Both the position numbers and the translations under genes were made by a program. A stretch of 57,734 nucleotides of DNA from a virus. Its lineage: Duplodnaviria > Caudoviricetes. The DNA is taken from the IMG/VR virus record IMGVR_UViG_3300030107_006967, positions 1 to 57,734 of that record; one strand, written 5' to 3'. The number at the start of each line of letters is the position of its first letter. Position 1 is the stretch's first letter. Under the pieces are notes generated by a model that saw only the letters and a list, made by a program, of their open reading frames with translations, ran no database searches and had not been told where the DNA came from. Shown here piece after piece: positions 36,685 to 45,284 of this stretch.

Positions 36685-38617
36685 CTTTTTTGGTCTCCAT
36701 CTCTGTTATTAAGTTCTTAATCTCGTTATTAGCCTCTAGGATATCTCTTTCTTGCTCATCATAATTAGATTGCTGTTCAGTGTAAACACCCCTTGCAAGC
36801 CTATCCATTTTTTTATACCCTTTCGGGACGCCGCTTATATCCCTCATAGACGCCTGAGATTTCATTGACCTCTTCATAGCACCTTTTTTGGATAAATCAT
36901 CCCTTGGCTCATACCAATTTCCTTTAGATTTATTAGTAGTTGTGTACACCTTTCCTGCCGAGCCTCTTTTAGCCATCTTGACGATATTGTCGTCTCTATT
37001 TCCCGGAACCGCCAAGAGATTTGTGTCCGGCTCTTCAGTCTCTGCGTCGCCCGCTTCGTCGCCCGCTTCGTCGCCTGCTTCATCGCCCAATTCTGGCGTG
37101 TCAAGCTCATCCCCAGCGTCGTCGCCTCCAAGAAGACCGCCGATGCCTCCTCCGCCGCCCACATCTTCTCCCTCAGAAGCCATATCAAGCTCGCTTTGAT
37201 ACAACCTGTCATACACTATTTCTCTTTGATTTCTCAAAAACTCTTCTTCAGAAATATTAAACAAGTTAGTTGCAAGCCATCTTTTGCTGAAAAATCCCTC
37301 TGCGGCTCCGGAAGCTACATCGAACTTTACTCTCCACTGCTCCAACTCTTGCAATTCCGCTATTTTTGATGGATTGTTCAAAGACATTTTAAAAGAAATG
37401 AGATCGTTTCCCCTATATCCCAACGTATACAAATGAATAATTGCTATTTTTTCCAATTCTGTTATAACAACTCTCTGCAAGCGTTGAATTGTTCTTGCGA
37501 AGCGGATATCCTTTTGTGCCAAAGTTGTTTGGTCTTCGTTCGCCCCCTCACCCCTGAAAAGATATGACTGTGGAATTTTTAATGCTGAAAACAATTTGTC
37601 TTTTAAGTATTTAACATCTTCGATGTCTCCAGTGTAGGTTCCGCCGGGAAGTGTTTCTATTTTGGTTGATTGACCACCCCGAACTGGAATAAAGTAGTCC
37701 TCATCAACCGACATTGGATTATAGCGAAGATCTACTCTACCCGTGGTTGAGTCAACAACTTGGTTTCGCTTCATTTGCGTAACAACCTTCTGCATATATT
37801 GCTCTATTTCATTTGGATTTATTGCCCCGACATCAACATAAAACACGCGGCGTTCTGGGGATCTGACAATCCTGTACGACATCATAGCGTCTTCTAGCAA
37901 CGTTAGTTGTCTCCATATTCTCCTTGCTGGATCCAGAACTGATGTTCCATATGGGGCATGCTTGTCGTTGCCCAAGATTCTAAAATGTGCCAATTGCCAA
38001 TTCTCAAATGTCATTCCGGCGGAGTTCCACTGGTACTGAATGTAATTTGGGTTTGTTTTATCTTCGCCCTCCAACCTCTCTACTTCTCTGGTGGGTAAGC
38101 CAATAGCATTGACCACGCCCCTGTTTTCCTCTATGTCCAAGTAAAGCATGAAATCTCCAAACTTGCACATTGTCCTACACCATCCAAAAAGATTGTGCTC
38201 AACATTCAGAATATTGTGAAAAAGAGAGTTTAAGATAATTTTTATTTCTTCGTTAGGACAGCTAATCTTCAATAAAGGGTGCAAATGAGATGATGTAGTC
38301 ATTTCATCCGCATAAATATCCAAGGCAGAGGCTATGATTGGCTCATATTCCATTTGATCAAAGTCAATGTATCTTTGACTTCTGGAGACGTTTGCCATTG
38401 TTGCCGTAGTTAGGTTGGAGAAAGGATTATAACTAGTTTTTTTAAATTGCTGACCACTTGCAGACTTAAATCTAGATGAAAATTTATCAGCGTCTGTCCT
38501 GCTGTTTCTAACAACCATCTGGGCGTCGTAATTTACCAAAGGTCCCGAAAAGAGCCTTGTAAGCCTTTTAAATAGGGGCGATGCTTCATTTCTAGGGTTT
38601 CTGTTTCTATCAGCCAT
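36674..38617 (-). CDS. Portal protein (gp20-like)
   Basis: IASALDIYADE, YGTSVL...R..W.QL.LLEDAM..YRIVRSPERRVFYVDVG, EDYFIPVRG, IETLPGG, IEDVKY. Confidence 0.95.
   Translation of the reverse strand: MADRNRNPRNEASPLFKRLTRLFSGPLVNYDAQMVVRNSRTDADKFSSRFKSASGQQFKKTSYNPFSNLTTATMANVSRSQRYIDFDQMEYEPIIASALDIYADEMTTSSHLHPLLKISCPNEEIKIILNSLFHNILNVEHNLFGWCRTMCKFGDFMLYLDIEENRGVVNAIGLPTREVERLEGEDKTNPNYIQYQWNSAGMTFENWQLAHFRILGNDKHAPYGTSVLDPARRIWRQLTLLEDAMMSYRIVRSPERRVFYVDVGAINPNEIEQYMQKVVTQMKRNQVVDSTTGRVDLRYNPMSVDEDYFIPVRGGQSTKIETLPGGTYTGDIEDVKYLKDKLFSALKIPQSYLFRGEGANEDQTTLAQKDIRFARTIQRLQRVVITELEKIAIIHLYTLGYRGNDLISFKMSLNNPSKIAELQELEQWRVKFDVASGAAEGFFSKRWLATNLFNISEEEFLRNQREIVYDRLYQSELDMASEGEDVGGGGGIGGLLGGDDAGDELDTPELGDEAGDEAGDEAGDAETEEPDTNLLAVPGNRDDNIVKMAKRGSAGKVYTTTNKSKGNWYEPRDDLSKKGAMKRSMKSQASMRDISGVPKGYKKMDRLARGVYTEQQSNYDEQERDILEANNEIKNLITEMETKKDVK
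37045..37088. repeat. 12-bp tandem repeat (~3.7 copies) encoding GDEA in the portal C-terminus
   Basis: CGTCGCCCGCTT repeated on the plus strand. Confidence 0.8.
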
Positions 38618-38620
38618 TTT

Positions 38621-40195
38621 TTATCCTTTTAAAATCCAAGCAAATTGCTGCTGTTCTTTTATCTTATCACTTTTTGCAATTGGTTTATAGCCCTGTTGAC
38701 CCGGAATTGATGTATTTAATTGCGTTTTTGATTTAGTCATCGTGCTTAAAAATGCTTTTGTGTATTCTATATCCCTCTGGTTAACTTCCAATGCTGTGTC
38801 CCTGACCCAACAGCCTATTGCGAAAGCCATAACTAAATCATCATTGTACATCCTCATTGCTTGAGGGCGACCATTATGCCAAACAAAAGTTTCTAACTCA
38901 CTAAATAGTCTAGCAGAATATATAGTAACTAGTTTATTTCTAATGAACTCTTCCATTTTCGCGACAATCAGCGGTCTTGTTTTTGAAGTAGTAGAAAAAC
39001 CGGCAACAGCATTGCTCATATTTTCTCCCGCATACTGTTCTACATATTCGTGGGTTGATTTAATAGAATAATAAAGGTTGGGATAACATAATTCTTTTAA
39101 TTTTTCCAAAACAGCAAACCCAACAGAATTGTTTTCTACCACCATTAGGCAATTCCCAAATTCTCTACCAACATCATTAATCATACTTGCAAACAAGTCA
39201 GGAGTTATCTTTGATTTGTACTCTGCTACAATTTCCATTGTTTCTAGCTTAAAAATATGAAATACAGAAAAATCTTTATCATCACCTCGGGAAACATCAG
39301 CGACCAATAAATATTTGCACTCTGGATTGTATTTTTCCCATATCCAGAAGTTTCTATCAAAGCCTGTTCTGTAAATTGGGTCGGAAAGATTTTGTTTTAT
39401 CCTCTCCATGTCATCCGAGTGTATAACTGTCTCACCAGACATATTAAAGTTGCACTCATATTCTTGAGCGATTTGCCTTTTTGACATATTCTTTGTTTCT
39501 TCTGCAAACCATTCTTCGTCTCTTTCGGGGTGCACATCCCAAGGCAAAATAGTGTATCGAAAATCGTTGTTGCCTAATTCTGAATCGATATATGTTTGAT
39601 GAAACCAATTACCCACACCATTTGGAGTGGATAAAGCGATGCAGCGACCCCCCGTTGATAGCGTGGGGTAAAGACCGGTCCACAGTTCATCAAGCCCTTC
39701 TACGTGCGCTGCCTCATCAATAACAAGCAGGGACAACGCTTCGGAGCGACCTGCATCTCCAGAAGTTGTTGAAGCTTTAATCTGAGAGCCATTGTTCAAT
39801 TCAAACGATGTCCTATTGTCAATGGATATGCTAGCAATTTGCATCCAGTCTGGAAGGTTTTTCATAATTGCTTTGACTTTTTTAACTAAGTTGGCTGCCG
39901 TCTGGAACTTAGTAGCCATAACAAGGATATTCTTGTCCTTATGAAACAACATCATCCAAGCAACATATCCAGCGGTAATGGTTGAGATGCCTAGCTGCCT
40001 AGCTTTTAAAATAATATTAAAACGATAATCGTTGAAGTCTTCCAGCAATTGATCTTGAAAGTCGTAAGTTTTAAATGGAATTTGTCCCTTAATGGGGTGT
40101 GATATTTTTGTGTAGTTGTTTATGAAATAAGAAGGGTTTTTTCCACACTTAACAATTTCTTTGAGTTTCTCTTTTTTTGTTAATTGATATGACAT
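38621..40195 (-). CDS. Terminase large subunit (gp17-like)
   Basis: LKARQLGIST, LLVIDEAAH, STPNG, QEYECNF, ADVSRG...DFS, ENNSVG, DDLVMA. Confidence 0.95.
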   Translation of the reverse strand: MSYQLTKKEKLKEIVKCGKNPSYFINNYTKISHPIKGQIPFKTYDFQDQLLEDFNDYRFNIILKARQLGISTITAGYVAWMMLFHKDKNILVMATKFQTAANLVKKVKAIMKNLPDWMQIASISIDNRTSFELNNGSQIKASTTSGDAGRSEALSLLVIDEAAHVEGLDELWTGLYPTLSTGGRCIALSTPNGVGNWFHQTYIDSELGNNDFRYTILPWDVHPERDEEWFAEETKNMSKRQIAQEYECNFNMSGETVIHSDDMERIKQNLSDPIYRTGFDRNFWIWEKYNPECKYLLVADVSRGDDKDFSVFHIFKLETMEIVAEYKSKITPDLFASMINDVGREFGNCLMVVENNSVGFAVLEKLKELCYPNLYYSIKSTHEYVEQYAGENMSNAVAGFSTTSKTRPLIVAKMEEFIRNKLVTIYSARLFSELETFVWHNGRPQAMRMYNDDLVMAFAIGCWVRDTALEVNQRDIEYTKAFLSTMTKSKTQLNTSIPGQQGYKPIAKSDKIKEQQQFAWILKG

Positions 40196-40204
40196 TTATC
40201 TTCA

Positions 40205-40705
40205 CTATCTTGAAGCCTTAATCCAATTTTTAATGCTTTCTTCTAACCTCTGGGATGGAGGGATTGTCTCTTCCTCGCCTAGACCAGCGACACCGCCCAA
40301 CCTGTAGATCGAAGTTGTCTGATACCAAGTCCTTATGTTAGACATCTTTTGTACATGTATATCTGTTTCTCCCTCTTGCACCAAAGATAAGTTTTTTCCA
40401 GCGGCAGATCGATATTCTTTTTTAAGGAACGAAACAATATCAGCTATTTTCTGCTCAACTTTAGACTCAAACTTATGATCCGCAACGCTTTTAATATTGC
40501 ACTCCGAAGAGTAACTCAAGACCATTTTGTTTCCCTGAAACCTAACCTTGAATCCGTCAACAAGTCTTGGGTCTGTTACAATATTGTCAACTTCTCTTCT
40601 GAGCCCGATGGTTACTGGCTTTCCTTCTTCATCAAGCGCTCCGTCGTATCCTTTTGTAGCAACGATGTTTTGAATTGTCTGTACAACATCTAAAATATTA
40701 GCCAT
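40205..40705 (-). CDS. Hypothetical protein upstream of terminase
   Basis: 166-aa ORF coupled to its neighbours. Confidence 0.7.
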   Translation of the reverse strand: MANILDVVQTIQNIVATKGYDGALDEEGKPVTIGLRREVDNIVTDPRLVDGFKVRFQGNKMVLSYSSECNIKSVADHKFESKVEQKIADIVSFLKKEYRSAAGKNLSLVQEGETDIHVQKMSNIRTWYQTTSIYRLGGVAGLGEEETIPPSQRLEESIKNWIKASR

Positions 40706-41114
40706 TATCTTTCCCCTTATAAAAGTTTCCTAAAAACTCCACTCTTTGGTCTATGTCTGCCCAGCGCTCTTCCCTGTTGACAACAAAATGCACATAACAC
40801 TTGTAACAGCAGTCATATTTGCTCATATATAAATCGTCTTTCAAATTAAACGAATATTCAAAGCAAGCAGGACAAACACGGTCTTCGTCTCTAGTAAGTA
40901 GTTTTTTTGAAAGGAAAAAACCATCTTTGTTAATCTTTTCGGCGCTTTCCTTTTGCTTGTTATCTTTTTTGTATCTTTGTTTTATTTGCTCAAGGTAGCT
41001 AGCCTCTTTTTCTTCATTCCAAAAAGAACGTGGGTTTTGTATTGCAATATCGCCATATTTTTCCGCTATTGCCCGTTCTACTTTTACTATCCAACTAGAA
41101 TCTTTCTTGTTCAT
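40698..41114 (-). CDS. Hypothetical Zn-finger protein
   Basis: CPAC...CCYKC. Confidence 0.65.
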   Translation of the reverse strand: MNKKDSSWIVKVERAIAEKYGDIAIQNPRSFWNEEKEASYLEQIKQRYKKDNKQKESAEKINKDGFFLSKKLLTRDEDRVCPACFEYSFNLKDDLYMSKYDCCYKCYVHFVVNREERWADIDQRVEFLGNFYKGKDNG

Positions 41115-41123
41115 ATCTCACCA

Positions 41124-42050
41124 TTATACATCTAATTTATCTAGTTTTTCAGCCAAAAGGTCTATTTTCTTTTGCTGCTCTTTTATTGCTTCTACTAAAA
41201 ACGAAATTATCCTAGTGTAATCCATTGTGTTGGCATATTGAGGATCTGCGCTCCACTCAACAATTTCGGGGATTACCTTTCCTACTTCCTCGGCAATAAA
41301 GCCAAAATCTTTTTTCCCCGTATCTTTCCAGCTATATGATACACCCTGAAGCTTGCTAATTGTTTTAACGGCGGACTCAAGGGGCTCAACATCTTTCTTG
41401 TACCTTATGGAAGAATATGATACGAAAGCATTTGCCTTCACCTTACCTGCTGGATCGCTAGTATCTGGTAAAGTTATCCCATGGCTTGCATTTCCCTCTC
41501 CGACGCCGACACCCAAATAATTTTCTATATTTACGGCGGAGCCAGATATTGTAACGCCTCCCGGATTGGTAGAACCAGAAATGACTAATGCATTGCTAGG
41601 GTCGGTTTGAAAAAATATTCTTGCTTCGTTGTTTGGTCCAAAGTTAAAGGCGGAGGCTGCGCCTTCTGAGGCGACAAACTGGATTGCGCCGCCAATCTTC
41701 AGGGGGGATGCACCCTCCAGTGTTCCGTCTATCTGAATTGTCGAGCCAGACAGAACGATGCCCTCAGATGATCCGGATATTACTAAAAAGTCATCCCCAT
41801 TTTCGTTGTACTCTATATGACCTTCTTGCGTGTCTCCAAAGTGAAGTTTTTTGTCATCAGGAATGGTTATCTCATTTCCATCAAAAACAACAGTGGTCAC
41901 AGCCCCAAATGATCCACCGTCATTAAACTGAAGCTGCCTGTTGCTCCCGGCTGGATTTCCTGCAACTTCACCAGTTGGTATTCTGTCATGAGTTTGCTTT
42001 ATTATCGATACTAATTTTGCGTGACTATACTTGCCAATACCTGCTGCCAT
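41124..42050 (-). CDS. Short fibre protein with C-terminal S74 chaperone
   Basis: G.N.QLQFNDGGSFG, DDKKLHFG module; YSSIRYK...L.GV.Y.WK...GFIAEEV..VIPEIV...MDY.RI..LVEAIKEQQ. Confidence 0.8.
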   Translation of the reverse strand: MAAGIGKYSHAKLVSIIKQTHDRIPTGEVAGNPAGSNRQLQFNDGGSFGAVTTVVFDGNEITIPDDKKLHFGDTQEGHIEYNENGDDFLVISGSSEGIVLSGSTIQIDGTLEGASPLKIGGAIQFVASEGAASAFNFGPNNEARIFFQTDPSNALVISGSTNPGGVTISGSAVNIENYLGVGVGEGNASHGITLPDTSDPAGKVKANAFVSYSSIRYKKDVEPLESAVKTISKLQGVSYSWKDTGKKDFGFIAEEVGKVIPEIVEWSADPQYANTMDYTRIISFLVEAIKEQQKKIDLLAEKLDKLDV

Positions 42051-42487
42051 TAGTCCTTAATCTCCACGGCGACTGCAAAGACTGCTATGGAAAGAACTAT
42101 GCCACCAAGCACACCACCGGCAAGCCACCAATGGCTGTTATCATTTGGTCTTTCTAGTGCTAGTTCTTGTAGTCGCTTGTTCTCCTCGTCTTTTATATTG
42201 AGAAGATTTGTGTATTTGTCGGTTGCCGAGGTTAGTTTGATCTCGCTGATTTTGAGATCTAGTTCTAACTTGGCTTTTAATATTTCTATCTCTCTATCCA
42301 TTTCCAGCCTACACTCTTCTGCGGTGTATTTCTGCTCTGTTAGAACTTTGGCTGCTGCTTTGGCATCCATTAGGACACCAGTAAAGGGTGCTTGTTGCCC
42401 TTTCTGTATTTCAGTTATAACTCCCTCTTGCGCCCAAGCAGGGAAAGCAAAGAGTATAACTAAAAATATGGATAGTAGTTGTTTCAT
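42050..42487 (-). CDS. Exported coiled-coil protein with C-terminal TM helix (possible spanin partner)
   Basis: Signal peptide ...FPAWA-Q, KGQQAPFTGVL, coiled coil, WWLAGGVLGGIVLSIAVFAVAV. Confidence 0.6.
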   Translation of the reverse strand: MKQLLSIFLVILFAFPAWAQEGVITEIQKGQQAPFTGVLMDAKAAAKVLTEQKYTAEECRLEMDREIEILKAKLELDLKISEIKLTSATDKYTNLLNIKDEENKRLQELALERPNDNSHWWLAGGVLGGIVLSIAVFAVAVEIKD

Positions 42488-42879
42488 ATGATTGAGTGCG
42501 CCTCTTCTTCAGCATATTCGTATTCTTCATCACTATATGTGCCAAATGTATCCTCAATTTCTTGTTGTGTTATTTCTCGGTAAGTTAAGCCGTCTCCACT
42601 AATGTTTTGGGTTATATCTCTAACTGGCATTCTTCCACGACAATCTATAGCTTCATCTGTATCAGGATCATAGACAAAAACATGCTGTATGTCGCCTGAT
42701 TTATCAAAAATGCCGTAAGTCGGCAGTTCTAACATATCTGCCACTACATTAGCCAAGAGAGAGCAGTCACCTCTTTTAAAATCAATATACTCGGAGGGCT
42801 GTGTTTCTTCTTCCCCACCCAACTCAATATCTATACCTTCATTTAAATACTGTCGCCAGTTTTCAAGTAGTTGTTTCAT
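42484..42879 (-). CDS. Putative internal head protein with Cys-His-Asp (papain/transglutaminase-like) domain
   Basis: Leader MKQLLENWRQYLNE; GDCSLLA, HVFV, IDCRG. Confidence 0.55.
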   Translation of the reverse strand: MKQLLENWRQYLNEGIDIELGGEEETQPSEYIDFKRGDCSLLANVVADMLELPTYGIFDKSGDIQHVFVYDPDTDEAIDCRGRMPVRDITQNISGDGLTYREITQQEIEDTFGTYSDEEYEYAEEEAHSII

Positions 42880-42974
42880 TACTTTTCCTTACAACAGCAA
42901 GTACAGCAGCCGCAACAGCAGCAGCAGTGTGCGTCGTTAAATAAGTTTGCTAATCTGTGTAGTATCTTTTTCAT
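42879..42974 (-). CDS. Unannotated 31-aa Cys-rich peptide MKKILHRLANLFNDAHCCCCCGCCTCCCKEK
   Basis: GGAGG SD; TAA stop overlaps the next ATG (TAATG); fills the gap exactly; mixed TGC/TGT codons. Confidence 0.75.
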   Translation of the reverse strand: MKKILHRLANLFNDAHCCCCCGCCTCCCKEK

Positions 42975-42977
42975 TTT

Positions 42978-43349
42978 TTATTCCTCCGCTTTTACGCAGT
43001 TTCTGTATGTCTTACCATACATCTTTTTTGTTTTTGTAGTTGGATGAGTCTTGTAGCCTTTTTGGCAGCGTTCTTCCATACCAAACTCTTGTTCATCTAT
43101 AACATCCCTGAACTCTACGCCCAACTCTTCTGCCCTATCGTAATCTCCGTCCTCAATCGCTTCTTGCTGTTCTGGTGTTTCTACAACCGCCAACATAAAA
43201 TCTCTTGGATCATACACGGCTGGCTCGCCAGACATATTGACCATAACAATATCTCGTAAAGCTTCTTTTTCTTTTTGAGCCCTGTATTTTTGGAAGTCAA
43301 TAACTTCTTCCTTGATTATCTGGATTAGTTGTTTTTTTGTAAGTTTCAT
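42978..43349 (-). CDS. Putative internal head protein with C-terminal CxKGY...NCV module
   Basis: Leader MKLTKKQLIQIIKEE; RCQKGYKTHPTTKTKKMYGKTYRNCVK. Confidence 0.6.
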   Translation of the reverse strand: MKLTKKQLIQIIKEEVIDFQKYRAQKEKEALRDIVMVNMSGEPAVYDPRDFMLAVVETPEQQEAIEDGDYDRAEELGVEFRDVIDEQEFGMEERCQKGYKTHPTTKTKKMYGKTYRNCVKAEE

Positions 43350-43981
43350 CTCTTTACTAACTCCTTATTTACGATATCGTAGCCTTCCACAACTCCTACC
43401 TTTTCGTAGTCAAAGCCGGGGAGTAGGGCAATCTTCTGCTCTGGGAACTTACCATTCACAATAAACGAGCAAGCCTGACCTACCACTTCTGTAAAGAGGG
43501 CTGGGTGTGATGCTGGCGGCATAGTTTGTATGTGTGCGTTGTAAGAAGCAATCTCGCCCTTAGCATCAAACTGTGTGCCTCGCTGAATGTGAGACATAAA
43601 ATCGTGGACTGCCCTAAACTTTGCGTTTGTTTGTGGATCAAAGATGTCGTGTTCTGCGTCAAGGGTGGAGATTTTTAGAACACCATTTCTATCAACATCT
43701 TGTTTTAGTTCTTCTGCGTTGGCATATGGGTGCTCTTCAACAAACTCAATGTCTACAACGCCCTCAATCCTTTTGAACATCTTGTCAACAAAAGGCTTCA
43801 TAGCTTCAAAAGAAGATACAGCACTCTCATCAAACTTGGGTGCTCTTGCGTATGCTTCGGCAACCAACTGACAATATTTATCCCAACCATTTGGTCCGGG
43901 TTTGAGCATTAGTTTTTCATTTAGGGCGATGAACTTTCGCCATTCTGTTAAGATCTCTTTCATTAGTTCTTTTCCTGCCAT
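43346..43981 (-). CDS. Putative internal protein with zincin-like HDxxxH domain
   Basis: Leader MKEILTEWRKFIALNE; NAKFRAVHDFMSH...F...GE...Y..H...LFTEVVGQ. Confidence 0.55.
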   Translation of the reverse strand: MAGKELMKEILTEWRKFIALNEKLMLKPGPNGWDKYCQLVAEAYARAPKFDESAVSSFEAMKPFVDKMFKRIEGVVDIEFVEEHPYANAEELKQDVDRNGVLKISTLDAEHDIFDPQTNAKFRAVHDFMSHIQRGTQFDAKGEIASYNAHIQTMPPASHPALFTEVVGQACSFIVNGKFPEQKIALLPGFDYEKVGVVEGYDIVNKELVKR

Positions 43982-44388
43982 TGATAAGATACTTTATCTT
44001 CATCTATCGGTCCACCAGCAGCCCAAGTGTAACAAGTTCTAGCAGAGTGGCATTTAAATTTATGCATCCAGCAATATCCTAGCATGCCTTCCTCATCTTC
44101 TATGGGCTGTGATACAGGTCCGGGTAAACACTCTAACATCCTTGGGGATATATCAAAGGCAGTGCAGTTGGAACATTTTGATTTTTTTGCAACATCTACG
44201 CTAGTATTCCAATGCTTTGCTATTCTTTCATAGTATCCCTCGTCTGATAGATTAAGTGGACCATACTGAATATGTTCAGCCTTTATAGAAGCATTTCTGT
44301 TCTTGGTATTGAGTTCCAAGTCTTGTGTAGCTTCTGGGCAAGACCCTTTTTGTTTTTTAGATTTGATCTTTATTTTAATCATTACCAC
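43963..44388 (-). CDS. Cys-rich protein, possibly Fe-S/Zn binding (HiPIP-like spacing)
   Basis: CSNCTAF...C...GYCWMHKFKCHSARTCYTW. Confidence 0.6.
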   Translation of the reverse strand: MVMIKIKIKSKKQKGSCPEATQDLELNTKNRNASIKAEHIQYGPLNLSDEGYYERIAKHWNTSVDVAKKSKCSNCTAFDISPRMLECLPGPVSQPIEDEEGMLGYCWMHKFKCHSARTCYTWAAGGPIDEDKVSYQWQEKN

Positions 44389-45284
44389 TTCCTACAAGAC
44401 CAATACCTTGCTTTTGTCTTTGGACCCGGATTATCACAATTGTGTCTAGCTCTGAATGATTTACGTCTTTTTGGATTAGACTTTTTAATTCTCATATTTG
44501 GATCACCGAAGTTTACTTTTTTAACATTGCCTGTCTTTGGATCTTTTACATAAACCTTGAACTTTTTAACATCGCCTCGTGTCGGCTTATTCAAAGTAAC
44601 TTTTCTACCTTGGTATTCTGCTTCAACAACAACATCATCCCAAAACTCAAGCATAAAGTCAATAGCATTGCCATCGTCATATGTTGCGTCGGAGGCAGCA
44701 ATGTAGTTGTACTCAATCTCTTCTATCTGCTCTTTCTTTTGAAGGTTAGAACCTCTGCGTTTGTAGCCTTTGCATTGTGCTGGGGTAGGTCTACATCTGG
44801 GATACTTTGATCTCTTTTCTCCCTTTTGTCTTCCGCAGGATTTCTTTTTTCCGCCTTTGTCTTTGCGACAGGTATTACAATCAACCCACCCACCCTTCTT
44901 GCCGGGGGCACCTTGGCGATCAAACCACTTCTTAAGGTCTTCTACAATATCCTTTGCTTTCAATCCCATTTTCGCACTGTCTCTATCTCTATCTTTTTTA
45001 TTTCTTTTTACAACCTCATCATTATAAGTGTCCCTAATTTCCTCTTCTATCGCATTTTCATACTCTTGATTTTCAGCTAACTGCTCATCAGTCATATCCT
45101 CTGATAAGCCTTTCCATATTTTACCTGCACGGCACCTTACAACAGCACCAGATGCATATGCAGACGGCCAAGCATCGTACTTACGCTTTGCAATACGAGT
45201 ACAGCGGTCATCTTTCTTTTCTTTTTCTTTTAAGGACTCATCAGAATATTTTTCTCTAATGCTTTTCATAAATTCTTTAATCAT
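44382..45284 (-). CDS. Modular basic/Cys-containing hypothetical protein
   Basis: Three short modules (WPSAYASG..VRCR; GWVDC..C...CGR...YPRCRP; AEYQGRKV.LNKP...VNFGDP...RRKSFRARH.C...ARYWSC) separated by acidic linkers. Confidence 0.7.
   Translation of the reverse strand: MIKEFMKSIREKYSDESLKEKEKKDDRCTRIAKRKYDAWPSAYASGAVVRCRAGKIWKGLSEDMTDEQLAENQEYENAIEEEIRDTYNDEVVKRNKKDRDRDSAKMGLKAKDIVEDLKKWFDRQGAPGKKGGWVDCNTCRKDKGGKKKSCGRQKGEKRSKYPRCRPTPAQCKGYKRRGSNLQKKEQIEEIEYNYIAASDATYDDGNAIDFMLEFWDDVVVEAEYQGRKVTLNKPTRGDVKKFKVYVKDPKTGNVKKVNFGDPNMRIKKSNPKRRKSFRARHNCDNPGPKTKARYWSCRKW

Noticed and set aside
1722-40195. Inteins or introns in NrdJ, helicase, RecA, polymerase or terminase
   Set aside because: Protein lengths are normal or short, with no C...HN splice motifs or LAGLIDADG/HNH inserts
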